A stretch of DNA of 64,000 nt from a virus: positions 32,001 to 96,000 of the IMG/VR virus record IMGVR_UViG_3300032242_000468. One strand, 5' to 3'. The position numbers and the translations under genes were made by a program. Every line of letters starts with the position of its first letter. Positions within the stretch are counted from its first letter, which is position 1. Positions 1-12,300 of the stretch are shown piece by piece. The notes under the pieces are model-generated. The model saw only the letters and a program-made list of their open reading frames with translations. It was not told where the DNA came from and ran no database searches.

Positions 1-2
1 CT

Positions 3-377
3 AACAGTTATAGGAGCACCACCGACAAGTACAATGTTTGCAGTAGTAGCGGCCTTCACCGGGCCTTTGAATGCGGTGTTGGCCTGTAGATCAGGAATAT
101 ACGTTGGACCTAAAATATAGTTTCCACCAGTTCCTTGTGATACAATAACATTATTACCATCCGGAATAATTGTCTGCATGTAGGAACTAGTATTACTAAA
201 AGTAAAATTAAATTTACCTAATGTAGTTGCATAAACTGTTTGGCTATTAGCGGTAATAATTGTATAACCAGTCGAAGTTGTAGGGCTGTTACCCAAAGCC
301 GCCTGTGTTTTGTTTAGTGTAATAAATCCAGATTTTGAACTAGGATTTTTTACTGCACCGCTTAATAAATTAGCCAT
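3..377 (-). CDS. Partial (runs off left edge) putative tail fibre/virion structural protein
   Basis: Not in ORF track. ATG at 377, just after the stop of the 4058-aa gene, reads MANLLSGAVKNPSSKSGFITLNKTQAALGNSPTTSTGYTII...FKGPVKAATTANIVLVGGAPITV with no stop to the edge. VKAATTANI is a motif common in phage fibre proteins; the N-terminus resembles that of the 4058-aa neighbour. Confidence 0.75.
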   Translation of the reverse strand, partial: MANLLSGAVKNPSSKSGFITLNKTQAALGNSPTTSTGYTIITANSQTVYATTLGKFNFTFSNTSSYMQTIIPDGNNVIVSQGTGGNYILGPTYIPDLQANTAFKGPVKAATTANIVLVGGAPITV

Positions 378-378
378 C

Positions 379-3300
379 TTATGCTCCTCCGATCACTAAT
401 ACGAACGGAGTCATCTCAGCATACAAGGATTTTTGGAATGTACGACCTGAAAGCACACCAGTTGCTTGACTGATAACCAGCGTTGGTCCAATACGGAAGT
501 CACCGTTTTGGTCAGTTGATGTAAAGAATACCTTACCGTTATTCAATTGTATTGTTTCCTTAGATTGTACTGGGTCAGCCTTACCAACCTGAGGTAGTGC
601 ACCATACTGTGTTCCAGCACCCACATATTCAAACAAATAGCCTGAAGCGGAAATGTAACTCTGTTGATAGAAATTAACTGTTGCGCCATCGACAAATAGT
701 GTCGGATCTGTAACGTTCTGTTCAAGTGTAACAATATGATACTGTCCTTTTCTCGTATAATATCCCTCACCTGTATTTACAGATTTATAATTTCCCCCAT
801 TTACAACATCAAAGATAACAGAGTCTATGATAGATCCCATGTCTCGATAGCATTTGTTCTTATCATAGTTTGCCTGACCAGTATAAGTCCAGTCAATATA
901 ACCTGTAATCTCTGCCTTAATAAAATCTCTATTGACTTCTAAGATGTTGTAGGTATTAAGCACATTTGTGTTTGTACTTTCAGCATATGCTATAGGCATA
1001 GCCGCTGGAGCAACACTAGGACCGTTTACAATAATATTTGTTATTGTATCAATGTTTGCTTGAACTAGCGCAACTTCTGCACTTGTACCAACAGGCATAT
1101 CAGTAACTTGTTTAATCTTAATTTGATAAACATTATCTACTGGCTGACCTGTAATAATATTAGAAACAATTTCTCTTAGATAATTGTAAGCCGCAGTAGT
1201 CTGAGGTATTTCGTCAGGTATGGCTGTTGTATAACCAAAACCATAATAGTAAACACCTGCTTGAACACTTTGACGATTTCCTGTATGAGTTAAATCAAAT
1301 CCTACACAGTCAATTACATAACCTATGTCTCTCATACAGGTTGTATGATCAAAGTTCCAACCAGGATTATCGTTAGTAATTCTTGCTACAACTTCATTCT
1401 TAATAAAGTCTTTATTTGTTTCAAGAATGCTATAAGCATTGAGTGTATCTGCATCAGTTGTTGTAGCACTATTAGGCACAATAATGTCAGTAACACCTGC
1501 TGTTCCATTTTCTAAAATATTTAAGACAACATTCATATTACCAGCCAATGTGGTAGCCGCAGAAGCCATTCCCATGTATGGAGTTGTAATTTGTGTACCT
1601 GTTGAATAACGTGGACCGCTAGTATCAGACAGTATAATCTGTTGTGCCAGCGATCTCACATAACCAATAGCCGCTGTTGTAGTTGTCAACTCGCCTGGAA
1701 TAGTAGCAGAAGTGTCATTGTTTTGATTCCAATATTGTAGGCCAGCAAATGTTGACTGACTTGTGCCGCCAAACAACAAGTCTTGTGCAATAGCATCGAC
1801 TACCAGTCCTGTATCACGTTGGCATTTTGCTTGACTGTAACTGAACCCTGGATATGCACTACTGATGTACCCAGTCATCTCAGACTCTAGATAACTTCTA
1901 TTAAGTTCTAGTAACTGTACAGCATTTATCACATTGGTTGCTGTGCTTGCTGTAGTTCCAATGGCAGTTTTGTCAGGAGCCGCACTTGGTCCGTTGGCAA
2001 TGATATTAGTGATTACATCAAGATTTGACTGTGCTACTGCGGCTTCTACACTTGTTCCAATACTGCCGGTATTAAACACCTGTGGATGTATCAATTGATA
2101 ACCAGAATTTACAGGGATATTTTCAATTACTTTAGGTACAATACTTCTTAGATAAGCGTAGGCCGCTAGTGTCTGAGTAGATTCTCCTGGAATAGCAGTG
2201 GATGTACTATTGTATCCATAGTAGTAAGAACCACTTTGGACTGCCTGTCTGTTTCCGCCATACAATATATCGACACAAACACTATCAACCATATAGCCTA
2301 CATCTCGAGCACATGTATCTCTGTTGTAAGTAAATGTAGAAGTAGTTTGACTAATGTAAGCCACAACTTCTGCTTGAATAAAAGTACGGTTAGAATGAAT
2401 TAAATTAGCCGCTTTGACCACATTGACGTTGGTAGAAGTTGTCACTCCTAATGGAGATTTTACGGTAACAATGTCAGGTCCGTTGTTAATAATTTCTGTT
2501 GCTAGATCAATTTTACTTTGTGCTAGGGTAACTTCAGCCGCAGTTCCTGTAGAAACACTAATAGTTTGAGTATATGTATTTTGATAAGTTACAGGCATTG
2601 CTTGACCTTGTACAATGTACGGTAACATTGTTTTAATATAGTCATAGGCAATAGTTGTTTTAACTTGTTCTCCAGGAATAGCACTTGAAGTATCGGAGAA
2701 TGTGTAGTAATATACACCGGATTGAACTGCCTGTCTGTTTCCGCCATATAACAAGTCAATAGAAACACTATCAACCATAAATCCTACATCTCGGTAGCAT
2801 TTGGCTTGATCATAAACAAAACCTGTGCTAGATGTAATATGATTTACATAGGCAACAGCCTCAGTTTGAATGTACTGTTTATTAGCCTGGATAATACCGT
2901 ACGCATTTTTAGTAGTAACATTGGTACTAGATGTTATTCCGTTAGGAACAATTAAGTCTGTGACACCTGCTGTTCCACTGCTCAAGATATTGGTAATAAT
3001 ATTAAAATCAGCCAACACTGCTGATGCATCAGTAGCGGCACCGTGTGGCACGTTTGTAATTTGACTTACGGTACTCTGATATCTTGTACCAGTAGATATA
3101 CCTTGAATAACCAACTGCATCAAAGAACTTACATAGTTGATTGCCTGTGTAGTTGTAGTAATTTCACTAGCAATAGATCCAGTGTAATCACCTTGATTCC
3201 AATATTGTAATCCAGCAAATGTCATCTGACTTGATGTATTAAACAACATGTCTTGCACAATAGCATCAACAATCAATCCTGTATCACGAGAACATTTATT

Positions 3301-6300
3301 TTGATCAAACACATACGACGGATTAGATGCATAATCAACATAGGCTACTGCTTCTTGTTGTAGATATGCTCTGTTGGCCTGCAAAATATTAAACGCATAG
3401 ATGTTACTTACAGTTGTACTGGCTGTTACACTATTAGGCACAATCATATCAGTTACACTGTTAGTACCTGTTGCTAATATATCAAGAATAACATCAAAAT
3501 CTGCGGCTACTTGGGCCACTGTTGCTGTAATACCTGTTGGTAAAAATAATGACTGTGTTAAAGTGTTGCCTGTACTAGTAGTAACTGGTGTGCTTTGAAC
3601 TACATTCTGTATTACCTCACTCAAATATCTGAATGCGTTTGTGGTAGTAGTAATTTCGTTGGCAATTGTGTTAACATACCCATCTTGATTCCAATATTGT
3701 AATCCGCTGAATACGCTCTGAGTAGTACCTTCATGCAACACATCAAGTGCAATACTGTCAACAATTAATCCTGTGTCACGTGCACATTTAGTTTTGTCAT
3801 ATTTGAACTTAGTGTTAAATCTATTATCAATGTAGGCAATTACCTCAGATTGAATAAACGATCTATTGGCATTTAGTAATTTTGCCGCATTCTGCGTCGA
3901 TGTTGTATCGCTTGGATCTAACGGAATTGGTGTACCATCTTGAGCCACGCTAGGACCAACATCAATAATGTTAGTAATCAGGTCAACATGATTTCTCACA
4001 AAGTCAACATCTGTCTGTTGCCCAACAAGATAAACATAATTTACATAATTTACAATTTCGTTTTGGATAAAGTCTCTGTTAGCCTCAAGAATCTTGGCAG
4101 CGTTCAAAACAGTAGCAGTACTTGTAGCAGTTAATCCAATTGAAGTTGCTGTGTTAGCCACAGTTGGTCCGTTGTTAATAATATTCACAATTAAATCAAC
4201 CATGCTCTGTACTTGGGTGGATTCAAATATTGTTGCTGATGTCAGCGTAGTAACCTGAGTAGCAGTGTTATTTGGCGAAGGAGTAACTGCTTGATTTTGT
4301 ACAATTTGAGGAACAATATCTCTTAGGCGTTCATATGCCGCAATGGTTTGAGCACTTTGATAAGGAATAGCAGTTGATGTTGTATATGAATAATAGTAAA
4401 CACCGCTCTGAATTGCTTGTCTGTTACCACCATATAAGATATCAAAACTTACACTATCAACCATATAGCCTACATCTCTGTAACACTTGTCTGTGTCAAA
4501 TGTAAATCCGCCGGTTGCGATACTGCTAACATAAGAAAGAGTCTGCTGTTGTAAGTAAGTCTTGTTAGCCTGTAGAATATTGTATGCTCTTGTAGCGTCA
4601 GTTGAAACAGCAGTTAATCCGTTTGGAACAATTAAATCTGTAACACCAGAAGTTCCGCTGTTTAATATATTAAGAATATATTGGAAATCATTCTTGACAG
4701 CATATAGTTGAACATATGTTGCAGTAGTTCCTGTAGTAACTTGTGTTGCAGTAGTAACAAAACGTCGAACAGTACCTGTACTTTTAACAACAACTTGTTG
4801 AGCAAGATCACTTAGATACTGTATTGCTTTTGTTGTTGTAGTTAATTCTCCCGGAATAGTTCCAACAGTAGATGTTGATTGATTCCAGTATTGGATACCG
4901 GCAAAGTTACTTTGTGTGTAGCCTTTGACAGGAAATTTTAAGTCAATAGCAAAACTATCAACTAATAATCCTGTGTCTCTAAAACATTTATTAGAGTCGT
5001 ATGTATAACTTAAACTTGTAACTTGAGGTACCAGAGTCTGTTGAGGATTAGTAATAGTCTGACCTAGTATAATTGGTTGTACAAGATCTTTAATATAGTT
5101 ATAGGCCGCAGTAGTCTGTGGAATTTCATTAGGAATTACTGTAGCAGTTGTATAATAGTAATAATATACACCTGATTGAATTGCTTGACGATTACCGCCG
5201 TAAAGTGTATCAAAACTAACACTATCTAACATAAATCCTACATCACGGAAGCATTTATTTTGATCGTAAGTAAACCCTGTATACTTACTATCAATATAGG
5301 CAATTACTTCATTTTGAATGAACTCTCTGTTAGCCAATAATAAACTAAATGCGTTTGCAACATTTGGATTTGAATTAGGTGTTAGTCCAATTGGTTTTGG
5401 AGGACTTGCAACTACAGGTCCTTTGTTAATAATATTTGTAATTGTAGAAACATATCTACTTGCTAATACAACTTCGTTGGCAGATGCTGGTAACAGATAT
5501 GTAACCTGAGTAGCAGTATTACCGGGACTCTTTTGAACAGTATTGCCTAACAATATTGTAGAAACAACCTGTCCTAGATGATTGTAAGCATCATTAACTT
5601 GGGGCAATTCGTATGTTATAACAGAAGATGTGTTTATATAACTGTAATAGTACACACCGCTCTGTACAGCCTGTCTGTTACCGCCGTGTATCAAGTCAAA
5701 ACTTACACTGTCAATCATATAACCTAAGTCACGAGCACATGTATCTCTATTATAAACAAATGTTGAACTAGAAATATAATTGATATAGGCCAAAGTTTCT
5801 TCAATCATAAACTCACGATTAGCCTGTAGAATAGCATAGGCATTGTTAGTGCTTGTGGTATTTGTTAATCGACCATTAGGCACAATAGTGTCAGTCACTC
5901 CAGCAGTACCATTCTGTAAGATGTTGATAATTACGCCAAAATCTGCGCCTACCGCAGATGCATCAAGTGATGTTGCTTTGGTTAAACTGATATTTTGTGT
6001 TGTAGTATTTTGATAACGTGTACCTGTATTATTAACAACAACCTGTTGAGCCAACGAACTTAGATAAATTACTGCTTGAGTAGTTGTGGCTAATTCTCCA
6101 GGAATAGTTCCGTTAGTTGATGTTGATTGATTCCAGTATTGAATACCTGCAAATGTTGACTGACTATTTCCAACACTTGGGTACATCATGTCAAATGCAA
6201 TTGCATCTACAATTAAACCAGTATCTCTAAAACAGTTATCTTGATTATAAGAGAAGTTGGAAGTAGAATTTACATAAGCAACAATTTCACGTTGTAAGAA

Positions 6301-9300
6301 TTCTCTATTCTGTTGTATCTTATTGTATGCTTGAACAATATCATTATTTGTACTTGATGTTATTGCGTTAGGAACAATAGCATCAGTGACTCCAGCAATA
6401 CCATTTTGTAAAATATTAATGATGTACTGGAAATCTCCTTTAACAGCATTTACAGTTGCAGTCGATACCTTGTATGTGCCTGTAATTTGGAATGGCTGTG
6501 CATTATAATAATTATTAACATAGGCAATAGTTTCTGCCGCAATAAAATCTCTGTTAGCATGAACAATAGCCGCCGCGTTTAAAATACTTGCGGTTGTGGT
6601 TATTGTCATTCCTATTGGAGACTTGACAGTAGAACTTGTCTGTCCGTTAGTAATAATATTAGTAATGGTTGTTATAGATTTCTGTAAACTCTTAGCATCA
6701 TTAAGTGTACCAGGTGTTAAATTGGTAACTTGTGCTACATCTTGTTGGTATGTTGATGTTGTAACTCCTGTCACAATCCAAGGTAACAAATTACTGATAT
6801 GGTCGTAAGCACCTAATGTTTGAACGCTTTCATTTGGAATTACTGTATTGGTTGTTGTAAAGTTATAATAGTAAACACCACTTTGAACTGCTTGTTTGTT
6901 TCCACCATATAGTGTGTCAAATGCAATACTATCAACAACAAATCCAATATCTCTTGAACAACTTGTTGTACTGTAAGTAAATCCTGTACCTGAACTAATA
7001 AAGTTTGTATAAGCAACACCTTCTGCTTGAATATACGCTCTGTTTGCTCTAATAATATTGTAAGCGTTTACAGCATCTGTTGCTGTGCTTGCTGTAATAC
7101 CATTTGGTACAATAAGATCAGTAACTCCTGCTGTCCCACTTGTTAGTATGTTTAAGAACACATCAAAGTCTGCTTTGACTGTAGCAGAAGTAGAAGCCGC
7201 AGGTAATGACACATTTTGAGTAGTACCAATTTGGTAACGTGTCCCAGTGCTGTTAATTACTAGTTGTTGAACAAGCCTACTTACATACTTAAATGTATTA
7301 GTAGTTGTAGTTTCTTCTCCAGGAATAATTGAACTTGTACTTGTGCTCTGAGCCCAGTATTGCAATCCAGCAAATACTGATTGACTTGATGTACTAAACA
7401 ATAAATCTTGCACAATAGAGTCTACAATTAAACCAGTATCGCGTTTACATTTCACAGAGTCATAAGCAAAGCCGGCAAAATATCTCGAGCCTGTAGTTAC
7501 ATTGGTTAAAACTTCGCCTACTAGTCCTTGTAAGTGAATAACAGCATTAGTTGTAGTTGTTAATTCGCTGCCAATAGCACCAACATAGCCCTGTTGATTC
7601 CAATATTGAACACCTGCAAATGTTGATTGACTAGATGTATTGAATAATAGATCTTGTGCTAGTGCATCAACAATTAAACCAGTGTCGCGTTTACATTTAA
7701 CATCGTCATAGACAAATTGACTTGGCCAAATATGGTCAACATACGCAACTGTTTCTGCTTGTAGGAAGTTTTTATTTTCTTCTAACAAACGTCTTGCACT
7801 GTTTACACCTTCTGATATATTAACATACTGTGAAGGACGAATAATAGTAGGACCAGTTCCTGCTCCGTTCTGAACAATACCAGCAATGATATTAAACTTA
7901 TCAGCAACACTTGTAGCCGCATCGGCACCGTGTTGGAAGTTGGTATCAATAATTTGAGAAACAGAAGTTTGATAAGTTGTTGTTATCAGTTGGTTAGCAA
8001 TAATTTGTACTGCCAACTCTCCAGCATGTGCAATTGCCTGGCTAGTTGTTGTAATTTCTCCAGTTGGCAAAACTGCCGCTAATGTTGATATTGGCGAACT
8101 TATTGATGTATCTACCACACTAGATAGCACGTTGTAGTAAGCATTACCGCAGAAATATAAGTTTAGATAGTTGTTGTTGGTTATGTCCCCGCCACCATTT
8201 AGAATAGGTCTATCTAAAGTAATACTTCTGTAATTTACATCAGAAACTCTTGTTCCTGTAGAAATATACAATTGTCCAGTAACCGGGCCTTCATTTCCGT
8301 AAATATCTTTAATATGAATTGTATGCCCAATAGCAATATCAGTTATATCAATATCGTTGATGGTATAACTGCCTGTACTCACCGTACTTGTATTAGAACT
8401 AGCCACTAGATATCCGGGATATCCTTCTGAATTAATATACGGAACACGATTACCGTTGTAATCTAAATAGGTAGCAGGAGGAACAATTTCCATAACTTGA
8501 CCAATGTGTGGTCTGTTTAAGTTATCAGGAACAAATACTTCTACCTGCTGAGCATTTGGCCAATAACCAATAGGATAGTATTCACTGTTAGGTATATTAG
8601 TAGGGAATGGTGGATTCCAAACAATACCAGCAAAACTCAATTGCCCAATACCTTTAGCAACCAAACATTGATTTCCAAAGTTGGCGTTAGAGTTAGTAAT
8701 AGAAGCAATACCTCCATTCTCAACCAACACAGAAGTAGAACAGAAGATTGTAAACACCGACACCAACTGTGCATATCCGTTATTGATGATGTGAATACCA
8801 ATACCGCCTTGATTCAATTGTGTGAACGCATCAAAAACAAATGATTGAATAGGTGATCTTAATGAAGGAGCATTGCCGTCAACAAGTGCACCACCACCTG
8901 ATCCGTTAGGATCTAGTCTACGGTCAGCATTAGTACTTGTTGACCAATACTCGGGTATTTGGTCGTCTAAGAAAGGATAAACGCTAGTACTACCAAAATA
9001 TACTGTGGCATTATCGCTGGGCGCAATTGTAGGATTGTTCAGTGTAACCGCATAGCATCCTGTTGATATCTCGGTAACCGCAGTAACTTGACTGGCAGTA
9101 TTAATAGCATCGGGGCTTAAGCCGCTTGGTACAATTAGAGCATAGATATCATCTACTACCGCAGGAGCGGTTGTAGGCCCACCATTAATAATTGTTGTAA
9201 TAATACCAAAATCAGTTGTAAGTCTTCCTGCAGTCACTCCACCATTTGGCTTAGTTGTGTCTATTACCTGACTTACAGAAGTTTGGTAAGTAGCGGTGAG

Positions 9301-12300
9301 CGGAGTATTAGAAACAACTTTTGCGGCAATTGAGGCTAGATAATCAATAGCACCAACTGTTTCAACTTGTTGACCTGTAATCAAACTATTTGTACCTGAC
9401 CAATAACTTAACCCAGCAATAATACTACGTTTATTACCGCCATATCTAGCATCGCCGGATACTGCATCAACAATTAATCCTACATCTCTAAAACATAATG
9501 GTTGGTTATAAACAAAGTAATTGTTACCAATATATGCAATAACTTCTGCCTGTATAAATGCTCTATTGGCTTCTAAAATTGCCGCCGCATTTTTAACGTA
9601 TGAATTTGTACTTGGATTTAGCGGTAGTGGTGATAAAGGTTGAGAAACACTAGGGCCATTGTTAATAATATTTGTAATGGTAGACACAATTAATTGTGCC
9701 TGAGTTCCTTGCGTAGTTTGACCACCAACTAGATTAGTTACTTGTAAAACATTAGTCTGTTGTGGCGATATTGTTTGACCAGTAATAATAGAAGGCAATA
9801 TGCTACTGATATAGTTGTAGGCCGCAGTTACCTGCGGAATTTCATTAGGTACTGCTGTTGAAGTAGTATAACCATAATAGGCTACACCGCTTTGTATTGC
9901 TTGGCGGTTACCTCCATATAGTAAGTCAATAGATACACTATCAATCATGTATCCTAAATCTCTATAGCAAGTTTCTTTGCTATAATCAAACAATGGAGGA
10001 TATTTGCTATTAATGTAGGCAATGACTTCAGATTGGATAAACGATCTATTAGATTCTAATAATTTAGCCGCTTGATAAGAGTATGTATCAGTGCTTGACG
10101 TTAGACTAATAGGAGTTTTATCTGCCGCAACACTTGGACCATTTTGTATAATATTAGTAATAGTGTTAACAATCGAAAGTACATCAGCAGATTCTATATA
10201 TGTTGCTGTGTATGCAGAGAACACTTGCGTGACAGTATTTTGATAAGGAGTAACTGCTACATTTTGAATAATACTTTGCGATAGGCTTGCTAGGTATTGG
10301 TATGCATCAAGTGTTGCTGGCATTTCATTTGCCAATACAGTTGAAGTATTATATCCATAGTAATAAACACCTGATTGCACCGCTTGTTTATTACCACCGT
10401 GTAATAAATCAAAGCAAATACTATCTAATACATAACCTACATCTCGGAAACAAGTTTCTTTATTATAAGTGAAGTGTGTTGAACTACTTACAGCATCAAT
10501 ATAGGCAATTGCTTCTCGTTGAATGTAGTCTTTGTTAATTTGAATTAAATTATAAGCACGAACAGTTCCTGTCGCTATGCTTTTATCAATACCGTTAGGT
10601 ACAATAATATCAGTAACGCCTGTAGTACCGCTGGTTAAAATATTAATAAATGTATTAAAATCAGTTTTAATTATTCCTGATTCTACTGCGGTAGCGGCGG
10701 TATATGTAGCAGTGACTTGACTAGATGTAGTTTGATAACGAGTACCTGTTGTAATATTTCTAACAATTAGTTGTGTTAGACTGCTTACATATCTAAACGC
10801 ATTAGTAGTTGTATTAAATTCTCCAGGAAGAATTGCATTTGTGGTAGTTGACTGGCTCCAATATTGTAGTCCAGCAAATGTACTTTGGCTATTTCCAGCA
10901 GTAGGATATAATAAATCTAATGCAAGAGCATCAACAATTAGCCCAGTATCACGTCCACAATTTTGTTGATTGTAATAAAATCCAGAACGTAGTGTTTCAA
11001 TATATGCTAGAGTTTCATTACGAATAAATTCTTTATTAATTTGTAGAGCATTATAAGCATTAACAACATTGGTTGCTGAATTAGCAACTATGCCATTAGG
11101 TACAATAGTGTCAGTTACTCCTACAGTTCCTCTATTAAGAATGTTAACAATAACATTAAAATCATTACTAACTTTTTTTGCTTCTACACTTGTACCTAAC
11201 AATGTGGCTGTTATCTGCGTGACTGTACTTTGATATCTTGTTCCTGTTGTACCTGTAATAACTTGTGCGGCTAATTTACCTGCAAATTGAATTGCTTTTG
11301 TAGTTGTGTTTATTTCTCCAGGAATAGTAGCAGAAGTATCTCCGCCTTGATTCCAGTATTGTAATCCTGCAAAATTTGATTGACTATATCCGCCAAATAA
11401 TAGGTCTTGAGTAATTGCATCAACAATTAGACCAGTGTCACGTTTGCAAGTATCTTGATTATAATAAAAACCGTTATATGTAGTGTTTACATAGGCAACA
11501 ACTTCATTCTGTAAAAAGTTTCTGTTTGCTCGTAACAGTAATTGCGCATTGCGATATCCTTCGTTAGCCGCATCATTGATGCTCATACCAACTGCAATTG
11601 TACCGGTAGATATATAAACTGTAATTGTACTTTGTCCTGCTACCCATGTGCTTGTACCGGCAGCATCTGGAATTTGAACAGTCTGGTTAGGAATAAACAT
11701 ACTACCGTCATACAACCAAGGTCCGGACTGATTGGTACAGTTTTGAATATATGGTGAGTGGTAAACATCAATTGGATTTCCTAAGTTTGGAGGAAATGCA
11801 GTGGCATAAGCACCGGTAGTATACGTACCTGCACCACCCGGAGCATAACGTTCTACACTACCTCTACGTTGGTTAATCATGGCCATCTGTGCAATATACA
11901 CACCAGAATTAACATGGAACAAATCTAGATCTTTGTTCAGAGGTTCAACGAATGTTGTTCTTAAGTCATTACCAATAACAGAAGTATTTGGTAGTAGCAC
12001 TAAAGGATTTTCTTCAAAGTAATGACCAGCCGCTACACGAATAGTAGTACCTTCTTGATAGTAAGGACTACGAATGGCACCGGCAATAGTACGGCAAGCA
12101 CGGCTAGCATCTTGAGCACGACCGTCATTAGTATCGTCTCCGTCTACTGTTACGTATAAAGTATTTCCAACAAAAGGAGCAGTACCTAACGGATCTTCAC
12201 CTAATACTCTAATCTTTCCATTGATCAGTGTATCGCCTGTAACATTTAATTTTCCAGAAACTTTAACTGTGGTACTAGGCTTAAAATTAATTTCACTTTT

